Positions 50,496-64,000 of a DNA stretch of 64,000 nt are shown in pieces. Within the stretch, counting starts at the first letter, position 1. The number at the start of each line of letters is the position of its first letter. Both the position numbers and the translations under genes were made by a program. The notes beneath the pieces were generated by a model. The model was given only the letters and a program-made list of their open reading frames with translations, was not told the origin of the DNA and did no database searches. Origin of the DNA: Epiperipatus broadwayi (Eukaryota > Animalia > Onychophora); the NCBI GenBank assembly GCA_028023455.1, contig JAQFVV010000001.1, forward strand, positions 13,578,001 through 13,642,000. Reading direction: 5' to 3'.

Positions 50496-52250
50496 AATAA
50501 TAATACACTAGACTAGAAACAAACCAATCTGTAAAACATCAATATATCATCATCACTATTATTTTCAATCATTAATAATCCACTGCAGGATGAAAATCTC
50601 TCCATGTTTAATCCATTTTTTCCAATCTGTAGTCTGTCCCACATCACCCTAAGAAACTTCTTTATTTTATTCATCCACCTTAGGCAGTCACTTTCTAAGT
50701 TTTTCAAATCTTTTGGGAACTGATTAAAACCTTCAAATGTCCAACTATTATTATTCTCTTCTAGCAACATATTCAATCTAGCTCCATTTTAGTCTCTTAG
50801 GTTTTCAGTGATGTCAAAATATATATTTATTTTCTCATCCAAGTACTGTATTTCACTTTCAATTTCCTCTTATTATTCCTAACACAACTCTTTCCATTTT
50901 ATGGAATGGTCTAAAATCTTTGTATTGTTCTTCTGGTATATGTTTAAGCTTCAGATTCATGAATAAGAACTGGTAAAACACATCTATTAAAAATCTTTTT
51001 TTCCAACAAGCATATTTCTTTTATTTTAAAGTTCTCTTAAAAATACTCGATCCAAGTTTGTCTGATTAATTTTATCTATTATATTTTCATTGGTATTAAT
51101 AATTTATCCAAATCATTTATAATTTTCTTCTGAGAAAATCCATTGAACATTACTTTAATCTTTTTAGCATTCATTTTTAGTTTTATTTTCCTATTTTCAT
51201 CTGAAAACTTATGCTACACTTCTTGAACCTCTGAAACATTATTTCCAAAAACAATATTATCAGTAAAATTTAAATGACTTAAATAATCTCCATGTATTTT
51301 TAATCACTTAGTTTCCCATTTTAATTTACAAAATACTTCTTATACAATGGCTATGAAAAGTTTTGGAATTATGAAATCACTCTGCCGTACAACCTTCTCG
51401 ATGATAATATTCTTAGTATCACAATGTAATCATTACTATTTCATTTTGATAAATATTCTTCAGAATATGTACATCTTGGCTCTATAGCTTAATGATCCAA
51501 AACTTTAATCGCTATGGAAATATTTATAGAATCAATTGCTTTTTCATAATCTATATGTCCAAGTATAATAACAACTCTTATTCATTGATCCTTTCTATAA
51601 CTTTTCCAATATTTGAATATAATAAAATCACTTTTAAATCTGTCACTTTTTTTTGGTTGAATAGAATCCAAAGTTTGTTGTAGATAAGTTGTAATTATTT
51701 TAATAAGGATTTTGTGTAGAACTGATAGATAGGTTTGCAATTTTTAATGTCTTCTTTATCAACTTTCTTAAAGCCAGTATTACTACGGCATTCTTTTAAT
51801 CATATGATATATCTTTATCTATAAATATTTAATATATAGTTTTGCCCACAATTTTTTTCATCTGTTTTTTTTAAGATATCAGTAATAATTTCATCTTCTT
51901 TTGAACTTTTCCCTTTTTTATAGATTTAATTGCTTGTCTTACCTTTTCCTTAAAATGCTTGCTAATTCAGAAGATACAATAATAGTAATGGCTATTTTGT
52001 ATTCTTGTTCTTTATAATTATGTAATTCTTTGCAAAACTCTTTCATATATTTTATTTATTTTTCTTGTTAAAATAACTTTTTTTCCAATACTAAGATGTT
52101 GTTTTATAATTTTGAAAGTTTTATTGTCTTTTATAAATTTCTTTGCCAATCCATAATTATACTTTCTTATACAGTATATCATTATTAACTCTTTTTCTTA
52201 TTATTTTACAGAACTCTAGATATTTAATTCTTGTTAATGGATTTTTACAT
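50496..52250 (-). mobile_element. 5'-truncated RTE-clade LINE (RT domain and C-terminus), decayed
   Basis: Minus strand DKEDIKNCKPI, HKILIKIIT, IDYEKAIDSI, KVVRQSDFIIPKLF (GVRQGD-like, ~51361-51400), LKWETK.LKIHGDYLSHLNFTDNIV. Confidence 0.85.
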
Positions 52251-54699
52251 ACTTTTAAAATATTCACATCTTAGAAGCTTCGGATTTAGAATTTTATAAT
52301 AGAATGTGCCAGTAAATTTTGAAAAACAGATTAAAAGCAAATGTTATTATCAAATTTTAGATTAAAAAAAAAAAAGTCAAACACATCACGTGGTTTCCAA
52401 CAGTATCAAGTTAAAGGTGACCAGAATTTAAATGTATTTCAAATTTGTTTTATCTCAAGATGAAAGTTTATTTTTATTCTGACACAATTTTTATTTAAAA
52501 TTGTTTGCAAGGATTTTTGTAGAAGACAAAAAAAAAAAAAGGAAAAGAAAAGAAAATGGAGTGAATTTCACGTGATTATGATTATTCGTGATTGATTTTT
52601 TTAAAAAAATGTGATTAATGTAATAAAAATCATATTAACTTTAATAATTAGTTGAAGACTATAATAATTTTCATGCTAATGTTGGAAGATTTTTGTAAAA
52701 TTTATTTATATATAATGAGCATATAAATGATTTAGTTTTTAGAATTAATTATTATATAGTGCAACTGGAGTTTTAATCCAGTTCATGTAAAATTTGGAAA
52801 TATTTAAAATTGCAAAGAAGTTTGGATTTTTTGTTTACAGATAGCATAGCCATAATCAACCTAGCAGGATATCCGATTAATGATCAACAAATGGATATCT
52901 AGTTATTGTTAGTTAGGTAATGAAAAAAATATAGAAAATCACTAAAAATTATAATCACTTAGAAATTAACAATTTTGGTGAATAAAGCCTTTTTTCCCCG
53001 AAATTGTGGATTAATTAAAAGCAGTTGTATCTGTATAAAGATATAAGAATAAATTTCACAGTATAAAGTTTGATGTGATAAGTAGACTATTAATTAATAT
53101 AATAATATTTTGGTGTCGAATTACACAAACACACATGTAAATATTGCAAATTATTCCCAGAAATAAAGAAGATTTTAAAAGCATTATTTTTTAATAAACT
53201 TGGCATTTTTTTTTTTTTTTTTGTCATTTAACAAGTTTAAAATATATAGTATAGTAAAATTCATTGCACGTATAATGATAATTAACCAAGTTTGTTTGTT
53301 TTTTTTTTAAAAAAAATAATATAATATTGATTTAGTCTTATTTGATATTATATAATGCCATATAAATTATTCAAAAATAAATAAGAAAAACTTTTTTAAA
53401 AAATTCTAATTCAAAACTTAATTTTATATAGTCTCAAAAGCCATTTATCAATTTTATCTCCCAATTTCTAATAATTTAGAATTATAAGTTTTTAAAAAAC
53501 TCAAATGTTATTTTTTTAAGATTAAACACACATATATACATTGTCTAACTATTCCAATTCTTTAGGGAGAGATATTAACATCCTATATACGATTGTTGGG
53601 TGTTTGCACACTAATTATTGTATGGCATTTTTTTTTATTTTTTCAAGATTTCTAATATGTACACACTATTTTTAGTGCATTCAATATTAATATTAATAAA
53701 AAAAAAATATAATGATACAGCACATAGTTTCAACACTATTCACTCATCTTTTGATATTTTTGTCTTATATTTATTTACATTTGAGTTTTAATGTAAATTT
53801 ATTAATATTTATAAATTAATATCTTTAACTGATATTGATAAAATTAACTACATCAGTAAAGTATTGTAAGATAAAAAATAAGCACTTGTTATATAACTTA
53901 GTCATTTGCTAATGTAACATTCACTAAATATTTTAAATGGAAAAAAAAAAAAGAGCAAGATGATTTTATTTTCCAGATGAACTTGACTACCGACCAATAA
54001 GGAGATTGATAATCACATTTATCAATTAAATTAATTTAATTCGATCTTCTAATAATATTTGTAAATAGCAAATTTTTTAATCATCGAGATATTTTTAGAG
54101 ATTACAAAGTTCATAATGATAATACTTTTTCAGAAACATGTAGTAATAATAATGATGCTTATAAAAGCTTCATTTTTTAATTGCTTTAAAATTGGATTTG
54201 ATTATTATTTTTTGTCTCATTACACTAATGATACTGTATTTGAAATATTTGCAAAATTGTATGTAATTACTTATATAGTTATGTAGAATAATTTTAAAAC
54301 ATTATAAATTATAGAGTTGATTTACATTTTGTGAAAGAATTATGATCCCATATATATTGTACAGGTTAATTCAAAAACACTCTGAAGAATATCAGTGTTA
54401 AGTGCTTTCATTGATTGATTGATTGATTGATTACAGAAAAAAGAGATTGCTACAGAAAGTTTAAAAGATAGAATGTAAGGGTGTCAAACAGAATAAAAGG
54501 ATGGATGAGTATGTTATAATGTTGCATGTATTTATGACACACAGATGATTTTATGTAATCATTACTAACTTATCTTTAATTTTTTTGATTTTCTATGTGT
54601 GTTTTTTCTGGAGTTAATATAGTAATATTCAAGAACTTTCAGAATGAATATGTATTTCTAAGTATCATTGATGTCATTCATATCTAAGGTGAACTTACA

Positions 54700-55000
54700 T
54701 TAATAGTACAAAGTAATCTATAACCTGCTCAATAATCTGTGTTTGTCAGTGTTCTCATAACATGAACTTCTATTGTATTCTTACTTTTAATTATGGTACA
54801 ATCTGTTACATGACATTGCTTGAGATAGTTAATTCATGTGTTGTGCAAAAATTGAATAACAACAGACCATTTGAATTTGCAGCATTAAAACCATTATTTC
54901 TAACAAGTTTTGACCAAAATCTACTATTTATAGCAATATACTCACTAAAATCTACAATAATAAATATTCAATTTTTTAATGATATTGCTGCAATACTGCT
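54700..55000 (-). mobile_element. RTE-clade AP endonuclease fragment
   Basis: Minus strand SRFWSKLVRNNGFNAANSNGLLLFNFCTTHELTIS (NxNGxxLLxFC motif). Confidence 0.65.
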
Positions 55001-56264
55001 TTTCAGAAGGAATAAAATTTTCTTTCTTTGAATTCTCTAAATCTAATGTTGGAGCACTAATAAAATGAGCAAAATATGATGGGGATAATCTTTGTAATAA
55101 CTTTTTTTGTCTAAAAAAAAAGAAATCTATTATTAAAATATTGATTATACATTTAATTTAAATAAATATTTAAGAAAGAATAATTTTTAAAATAAAGTCT
55201 AAGATTTGTTGTTGTTTTGATCAGAGCTAAATGGATTAGAACAATAAAATTCTTCTTTAGTTATTATTATTGAAATATTTAAGAAAATATATATATAATG
55301 TGTTGGGTAAAAAAAAGGCAAATAACCAATATAACATTAATTTTAATTTTATATCCCATATGAAAGAATTTTTACAAGAATATTCTTATAAGAAAACATC
55401 TATGACTTTGTAGAACTCTAAATTGTTTTGTAATTTCATGTAAGAAAAAAATTAGCATAAATGTTTCTCCAGTTCCTATTTTGTAATTGTTCTTGTCTCC
55501 AAATTAACCAGTATTAATTAAAAAAATTTGACAATTGAAATTTCACACTTCATAACAGTTAAAAAGTTACATTAATGACACTTTGCAGAATTCTAATGTT
55601 ACAAAACATGTAAGTGTGTATTCTCAGTGAGACTGATTGATTTAAAGAATAAAGTGATGAAGCTGAAGTGTCCTCATTTCTCTTATTGTTCCACATGATG
55701 TACAGCAGTGGTACAGTGATGGTTAGAGAGCTTCTGTACAATATAATATTTAATTTTATATGTTTCTCTCATTAATTATGTTCTATAAGAATAAAATTAA
55801 ACTTTCAAAAATATTCATCTTTTTCATGGAAATGGAAAATAACCAAAATTTTATCTTATTATATTATTATCAAAATAGCCAAAGTGACCTAGCAGTTATA
55901 AATTTTGCCTAGGTTAATTTTTTTTTATTTTCAATATATATTCAACATTAATATCAATCGTTTTTCTTTATTCACTTTTTTATCTTAAGTTCTGCATCCA
56001 GAACTATGTTTATGTATCATAATGGTATATATATAGTTTATTCCATTTCAAATAAATCAGTTTGCATATTAAATGTAGTAAGTCAACTAATAAATTAAAG
56101 TATTAAATTATAAAACTTTTATTGTAAGATATTTCTTTACATAGTTTCGAAAAAAATTCATATTTTTTATATAAGTTTAAATAAGATGAACTTAATTATT
56201 TTAAAGGTATAAGTTTAGCTAATGTTGTTATTATAAATATTTTACAACCACTGATTTAATATTT

Positions 56265-56344
56265 ACTAAGGCTATAAACCTCAAGAATATGCGGGTGAAA
56301 ATGCGAAGGCAAGGACCTCTACAGGTCTTAACCACAAGCTTAGG
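56265..56344 (-). mobile_element. 80-bp 5'-truncated retroposon end with 19-bp TSD
   Basis: aaccactgatttaatattt at 56246-56264 and 56345-56363; internal hairpin gacct-ctac-aggtc; homologous to 50250-50316. Confidence 0.85.
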
Positions 56345-56759
56345 AACCACTGATTTAATATTTTTATTAATGTTTAACTTATTCTTAACTTTAAAATGCA
56401 ATTATACACGATGTTATTTTAAAAGAATGTTTAGTAAATATTTTGCTTTATTAAAATAATCATTTTAAAAGGTTTAATAATCTATAATCTTCTATAATGA
56501 TAATAGTAATAATTCTTTTTAACAGTTTATTTAAATATTATTAAGTAACATCTTACATTTTATATATGGGTGTGCAGGCATGTCATGTTTATTTTAACTG
56601 GAGTAAAAGTTTAAAAGAAATTGATTATAACTAAAGCTCCTTGTTTGAGGAAAATTAATATTTAAAACAATTAATTTCATAATGTTTTGTTTAAAAATAT
56701 ATTTTAAATCTTGAAAACTTTAAAAAATGTATTTGAATAATTATTAATTATTTGTAATG

Positions 56760-58860
56760 TTTAATTATTGCAATCTTCCTCACAATGAGAATGAAAATGC
56801 CTTTGTTAACTTCACTTCAAAAAATCTCCCCCTTCTGACAAAAACAGTGCTTGAACTGGGCCAAGATATATTGGCAGCCACTGAAAGAAACCAGTAATTG
56901 AGCTAATTTCTGACATAGAAGTAGGCCTTATAAACAATCCCTACAAAGATAATTTAATTGTTAACTTAGTTAAACACGTCTGGCATAAATCTCTTGGAGT
57001 TTCAAACTCTAACTGAAGCAAATGATTTAGTGTCATCAAACAGTTCCTATTAAATAACTTCATGATTTTTCTTAAGGAAAAACAAAGATAAGAGATTTGT
57101 CCTCATGACCAAGGCTAGATTCAATAACAAGATGCATCTGCAAATAAATAACTTAAAATTTGCCCCAATACCTACTTATAATAAAGCTTAATAAAGACGA
57201 GTTTGTCGCTGACATATTATGGAAACACTGTAATAAAGCATTCACCAAGGGTGACTATTATAAAATGTATCCATCTGCTGCCATCTTCCCTTGGATGTTT
57301 GCCAACACTAAACTGCTTAAGCCTAACACACCTCTTCAACTCTTGTTGAACTTTGGGAGTGCTCATTATTTTAATGCAGAAAAATTAATCAACCAATTGT
57401 TGTCTGATCACCTAGGACATTGGGCATACATCATAAAATCATCATTTGATTATGTATCTTGTATTAAACAAGTTAAACTTAATTCAACATATAAAATAGT
57501 TTTGCTGGACATCATGGATCTGTATGGATCAATCAATACAAAACTATCAATCAACATAATTAAAGATGAATTACCTAAATAAGGTTATTCTCAGACATGC
57601 ATGGATTTTATCATAGCATTTTTATATTGGATAGATGACAATATCATAGCCACATTTAATAATCAACCTTATAACATTACCAATGGATGGCTCATGGATC
57701 TCCTCAGTGGCATCATTTCCAGTCTATATCTAAATTACTTTGAAAATATAATCATTCTATCATACCTAGCACACCTTCTAGATATCATATACACATGTCA
57801 GTAACATTTTTATTCCCAGACCAGAGTCTTTAATTCAGAATATTAAAGTGAATCTACAAAATTGCTTAGCTTTGCTGCTTAAAATAGATTGGGAAGACTC
57901 ACACCAATGTTTCACATACTTAGATTTAATAATGCAAAGAAACATATTTCATTTTGATCCATGCATGTTAAATTGCTCAAAATTCAAGGTTCATGCACCA
58001 AATGTAACTGTTTCTCAATCTCACAAAGTCACTGGTCTATCTTACTATTTCATAACCATGCTCTATGTAAACACAAATCATCTCACAATGAAAACATAGA
58101 ATTATATCTCAAAAATTTAATATCTATTGGATTCAAACAAAATGTTTTAAAAAGAAAACAATTTTACAATAAATTTAATTCTAAGCCTTCTACTGATGAG
58201 AGACCATGGCTGCTCCTGGACATACATTCCTATATTAATAAAAACTTTTAATAAAACATTCCAACTTATCACTGTGATTTCTGTACACTCTCCCACCTAC
58301 CAGTAAATTATTCAACAACTCCAAGGATAGGCTTGAACCTGAACTCACTTCTAACACTGTTTATAAAGTTAAATGCCCTCAAACAGAATGCCAATCAATC
58401 TATTATAATGGAACTTGATCATCCTTATCTACATACCTTACACAGCAACAATATTTACAAAAGATCCTCAGACAAAGCAGAATATAGCTCTATCTTCCTG
58501 GAACACCAAAAGGTAGTAGACACTAATTTAGTCCTTCCCATTCAATACATAGAAAGAAATAACTTGAAGAGGAAAATCAGAGAAGCATGCTACATATCCA
58601 ACAATAATAAAAAATGCTATCAATTGCAAAGATTCATCCCCCCCCCTCTCCAAGAAATGGACACTCTAATTTAAATAATTAATATTGTAATTTAAATAAA
58701 TTTGAATCCCATCAACTATATATATGCACATTCATCTCTCCATTATTTTCCAATGTTATCTTGCTATGAATATAAGAATGTCATAAGTTCTCAGAAGCAC
58801 TCAGCTGTATAATTTGTATAGAACTAATAAACTTCTCTATTAATGCATATAAGCACACAT
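56760..58860 (+). mobile_element. Decayed near full-length Penelope-like element (RT plus GIY-YIG)
   Basis: FVNFTSKNLP..KTVLELG; YPSAAIFPWMFANTKLLKPNTPL; IVLLDIMDLYGSI; NGWLMDLLSGIIS; TYLDL; NTVYKVKCPQTECQSIYY (GIY-YIG); KRKIREACYI. Split over ORFs 57160-58674. Confidence 0.85.
58763..58805 (+). ncRNA. Highly decayed hammerhead motif in the 3' pLTR of the PLE
   Basis: GCT ATGAATA T AAGAAT GTCATAA GTTCTC AGAA GCAC TC AGC, reconstructable as GCT CTGAAGA T GAGAAC..GTTCTC GAAA GCGC TC AGC. The position is right but the reconstruction needs several substitutions. Confidence 0.35.
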
Positions 58861-61800
58861 ATTATGTCTGTTACATATTATATATGAGAAATATAAACTG
58901 TTAACTCTTCATTAAATAATTATTTGTAATTTATGATGTAATCTTAGTTTATGTCTAAAAATCTAGATTGTCTTAAAAAAGTTATTTTTAGAAGATTTTC
59001 CTTGGTAATTAATTAAAAGTCAAATTATTATTTGATTGACACCTAAATTTGTCAATCATTGATTTCTTAAAATCACATGACTTATTATATAAAAGCAGCT
59101 GACTACATGTTGATACTTCTTTCTTTTTCATCTAACATATTAATTCACTAATCATGTAATTTATCAATTTTAAACCATGAATGGCTAAGATAATATCTAC
59201 TTGGACTTTTTGCTTTGGCACCATCATCTTACAACAATATCTCCTGAAAGTGTATATCAAAAGAAAGTTTTTAACAACTTATTGTCAGTGTAAGGAAATG
59301 ATAAGCTGCCATGCATCTTTATAATGCTAGGAATTCTCACAGAGGTATAAGAAATTATATTGCTAGAACTATATTTAATTTTCAATTTATTTCTTATTCC
59401 TACTTGAAATTTAATTGAAATTAAGTCTATTAATATTTTAAATACTGGAATTTTATATAATTGTTTAATTAAGTTATTATATTATACTTCTCAGCTAATT
59501 ATAAACTGTATATTTGTTTTATTATTTGCAAGTGTTCATTGTTATGCTCAACCTTATTTATAACAAGATTTGAACTTTTCTAATGTGAGTATTATTTTTT
59601 AAAATTAACAAAAGCAGCCACAAGTAGTAATTCTGAAAGTTTTAAAATACATTTAACTTTATTGTAAAAGTGAATTATTTTCATAATGTTATGTTTTCAT
59701 AATTAAAATGACATTCTGTAAAAATATTGTGTTGTGCTAATTTTAAAATAAACACAATATTTATTTTAACATCTCTATAATTGCAAAATGAAAATATTGC
59801 ATTTCCAGGAATTGTGTCTCATTTTAAAATATATCATGGGAAAGATTAACTTTCTATTTTTGTGCATTTTATTGCTAGATAAACTGTGTTTGCTGAAATA
59901 TACTTCAATTTATTGGATCATTTTAATTTCTTTCAAAATAAAATAAATATTTGTACTGAAATATACTTTATGTCATTTAAATATTGTTACTTGCTATTAA
60001 AGATAAATTAATGTGGTGTTTTCTACAGTCTACATATTTGAAATAATGCTGCATTCTTTTTAAACTTCATGTTATTTTATAAATTTTACATTGCTTTAAA
60101 ATAACTTACATTGTACTCTCTGTAGAATTTGTCATTGCTTTAAACTTCATAGTGCTCCAAAGGAAATGATATTATATTAACTTCATATTGCTTTAAATAA
60201 TAATTTTCTATCTGTACGTTGAATGACTTAGTTTGTGTCAACATTAAACTCTAATGCCTCGGATTTTGAATAATTACTTTTTTTAATGAAATATTTAAAT
60301 ATTCAGAATATTTTAATAAAATATTCTAAATTTTAATGGAATCATTATTCGAATTATAATGGATAGAGAATTGCATCAATGATTTCAGGACTAAAAAACT
60401 TTTAAAGTGGTAAAAAAGAGCAAAATATGTTTTATATATGTTTATTTATATATTTTATTATATTTATAATATTGTTTGCTTTTAGATTATATATAATTTA
60501 TGCAATGTGAGTAGAGTTCTCAGAATATTTTGCATTGTTATATAATCAAAGGAAATATGGTCTCTTAATATGGAATTATTTAGAATGTGGAAATGAATGA
60601 ATGAGTTATTATTGATATTTTCTTCTTAAAATTGCCAAACTATAATTTGTATGTCTAACAATTATTTTATTGTAATATCATGTTTTATTGATTTTTCACA
60701 TCATGTGTTTAATATTATTATAGGAGATAGTCTGTGTCTCAAAGCTATTTTCATATATTGTTTTAGTTATGCTTTTGAAGTGTAATATATCCTAGGTGGC
60801 ATGTAACTAAAGATAAATATGGTTTTGAAAATTTTTGTGGTGGTTTATTCTTATTAAATTTATTAAGATTAATGATATTATCCTAATTCTTTATTTCACT
60901 TAGGGACAAGCATGTACTTTTAGATTAAAGTTATGTGTAATACTAATCATATCTTTATTTTACTCTTGATATTATTAGAGAAATTTGAAAATTTTAATGT
61001 TGTTGATATGCATAATCTGCAAATCAGATGTGTAAAAACCATAACAAAATATTCTATTTTAAAATTTGTATAATTGCTTTATATTAGCTTGTGAAATTAT
61101 GCATCCTCTACAAATTCAATGTTATACTATTGTTGACATTATTTATTTATCTGTATATTGAATACTTTTCATAATTATGTCATATTGGAAAGAAAGCTAG
61201 ATTAATAAAATACATGTGAGGGCTTTCAGTGTTCATAATTAATAATATGTTTTCTTTCTGTAATTTAAATGTATAATATTAAAATTATAATTAAATATAA
61301 TTGTTATATTTTCTAATACTAATATAATCTGGATTTTGTATCTGCATCATCATCTGTATTATCAGAAAATTCTAATCACACAAATATATTGTTTAAAGTA
61401 TAAGAATCAATTCAGTAAATTTTATGTTGTTTGATGTTAAAGTAACTTCCATGGTTAAGTTTATTTTATTTCATTATTTTAATTTGAATTATAAGAGATT
61501 CTTTGTTGTGATATATGAGTATGAACAAAATTCCTTTTCCACTCATAGAATACTAGTATTTAGCCTATTTTGTTGAAAAAAAAGAGTCATGTTGAATGTA
61601 AAAGGCTCATTATTAATTAAAAATAAAATTATTCATTGTATTAGAATATTATCAGAAGACTGGATAATATCTTATTGTTTATTCAGATACATTCACTTAT
61701 ATGAGAAGAATCTGAAATGAAGAGTATAATTAGATTCATTGTGAATCTTTAGTAATAACCTGAAAATTGTGTTATTTTTCTCTGTAAGGTTTGTTTAGAA

Positions 61801-63612
61801 ATCTAGCCACCATAAAGTTTACAGTTTGTTTGTGTTTTGGTAATCAACGTGGTGACTTCTATGGTTGGTGGCTGATTAAGTTACAATACATATGATTTTA
61901 TTTAGTTTTATGAATAATGTAAGCAGTGATAGTGTATTTATTTTATGTTTAAATAACTGTGTCACATTTTTTACAGCATCTAATAAAATAACTTTGTGTC
62001 TATCATATAAATATAAAAATCAAATCTTATTTTAGTAGATTTTGTTAGAAGAATATTTAGACATAATTAATCAGGTTATTTTTTACTTTCATATATATAT
62101 ATAACAATAGATGATAAACAAAAATAATTTTTACACTACTAAGTTCACAAGTGTATGGTACCAACAAGCAAATATATTTTCTTTCACTTATTGAAGGCCA
62201 TTAGAAAAGTTTTTACTCTAAAATAAACTATTTAAAATTGTTTTGACTTTTCATTATATTAGCAGCAACTCATAAATGTGTATAGCCATTCCAATTCCCT
62301 CCTCCCTCTCTAAAAAAAAAATCCCCTACTAGAGCTGAGTATTTTGCAATGCCTACTATACTAACCAACCTGTTAAACATATTGACATATTCAACATGCT
62401 TGTCTATTAATCTATTTATTTGATATTTTGCAATGATCCCTTTCAACTTCTTATGCAGCAAAATTTTCTTTCTGAAAGACTTCAACACCATATTTAATTA
62501 TAACTCTCTGTAGTATTCTATCTGAGCTTTATCTTCCCAAATAAAAATAATAAAAATTATGCTTCTTTAGAGTATTTTGAGACAATTTTTATATCATAAG
62601 TATGATCTGCTTCTCCCAGTTCAAGTTCATCATAAAATATTTTTAAGAAATTTTAATTCTTCCTTTCATATGTCCAATCTAATTAAGATATGGATTTAGT
62701 CTGCACTATGGATATTTAGCAAGCTGAAGATCGTTTTGATTAGTTTATAATCTTATTTTTATATTTTTAAAATTTTATGGAGTATCTTTAAACAACATTT
62801 TCAATAGGGAATTCAAATCTCATTCCTATATAATAAATTAAACAAAAAAAACAACAACAAGCTTTTTATACAACTAATTTAGCTGTAGTAGTTATATCAC
62901 TGTAATGAAATATCCTATCTTTTAACTTGTTAAAAGCAGTGGCAGTACATTGGAGTTTGCATTGTATTTCAACATCTATACCCTCCTTTCTACTTTTAAA
63001 AAAACTACCAATATATTTAAGTAGTCTTCCATTCTCAAGTTAATGATTATCTAAGCTAAAAGTTGCTGAGGATTTTTCTTCCATCCCTGATTGATAAGGA
63101 TTTGAGTTTTTTGAACATTAATCATTTAAACAAAGTTTTTATAAGGCGTTTAAAATATCAAATGCATTCTGTAGATCAACTTTTGAATTGGCAAGACGTA
63201 TTATAAATTCAGAAGCCAGATGTTCTTATTTTTGCTTTTTTAAATAGAATCAAATTAAAATTAGACTATCATATTCATAGGCATCTAAATAATAGATTAC
63301 TTTATACAATAGCAACAATTTTAATAAACAGATTTTTTTTTAATATTAAGTTTGATAAAACATTTCAACTTTAAAAGTAAAATAATTTTATTACTATTTT
63401 TTTTAATCTTTTCTATTATTCTCATTCACAATATATATTAATATAATGTAAATATTAGTACTTTAAATTTTTTATGAATTAGCACAATTGAATTACATTA
63501 AATTTTTTTCCCCCGCCATATCTTTCAATTTAAAATAATTCCATTATATATTTTTTTAAAGAAAAGTATGATTTTTGAGATTATTAAAATAAATGTAATG
63601 TTTCTATTTATT

Positions 63613-63672
63613 GCTTGTTTTTTTTTTTTCAATAGTGAAGTAATTGCTTGTTTTTTTTTCAATAGTGAAGTA
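63613..63672. repeat. Short tandem duplication
   Basis: attgcttgtttttttt(tt)tcaatagtgaagta occurs twice. Confidence 0.85.
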
Positions 63673-64000
63673 GTTTACGCTTTTCCAACCGTAACAAACA
63701 ATCAGGTCATTAGTAAAGAACTGCATTCCGTCTTGGTTATTAGATCATTATAATCAAAACTCTCTCTCATTTACACCCTATTCCTCATATATATATATGT
63801 ATTATTTTTAATCATTACTAATATATTCCAGAATCAAAAACTCCGTGATTCAATCTAGTTTTTATATTCATAACTTCTTTTCTCTATATCACTTTAGAAA
63901 ACTTCCTTATCACATCCATTTCACTTGCATTTCTAGATCTTTTACAATAGCTTGGAATTCAGTTTAGTACTTTATTTATTTACCATTGTCATCGGAACAT

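Noticed and set aside
58192-58220. CTGATGAG motif inside the PLE
   Set aside because: It lies within coding remnant (KPSTDERPW), with no GAAA or stems following.
62270-63200. LINE remnant (SALVGDF; VDLQNAFD) on the minus strand
   Set aside because: The motifs are short and lie in the wrong order for a single APE-RT ORF; not supportable.

Overview
Very AT-rich, repeat-dense eukaryotic (metazoan, probably invertebrate) intergenic or intronic DNA. I find no convincing host protein-coding gene; nearly every ORF in the track is a decayed transposon fragment or low-complexity noise. Transposon content: a head-to-tail cluster of three copies of one LINE (esterase ORF1, APE, RT, CCHC knuckle; 6.9-12.5 kb), several RTE-clade LINE remnants, four Penelope-like element (PLE) remnants, a Buster-type hAT and a hAT MITE (each with an nnnTAnnn TSD and each nested in a Merlin/IS1016-like transposon), a mariner remnant, a tRNA-derived SINE head, fold-backs and microsatellites. 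The main finding is an RNA-level system the ORF track does not show. Two non-coding repeat families with ~445-460 bp units (family A at 2.3-4.3, 13.8 and 15.4 kb; family B at 18, 22.3, 35.3-36.7 and 49.6-50.1 kb) each carry a minimal type I hammerhead ribozyme (HHR) with a palindromic stem III. They form tandem-plus-inverted arrays, and family A insertions have 13-14 bp target-site duplications and a shared 3' end. The PLE remnants at 24.4-26.1 kb and 56.8-58.9 kb carry decayed HHRs of the same architecture. This suggests retrozyme-like, non-autonomous ribozyme retroelements mobilised by PLE RT/GIY-YIG proteins. All HHR copies here carry at least one core substitution, often CpG-type, so ribozyme activity is inferred for reconstructed consensuses and is not shown. 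All alignments and folds were done by eye.
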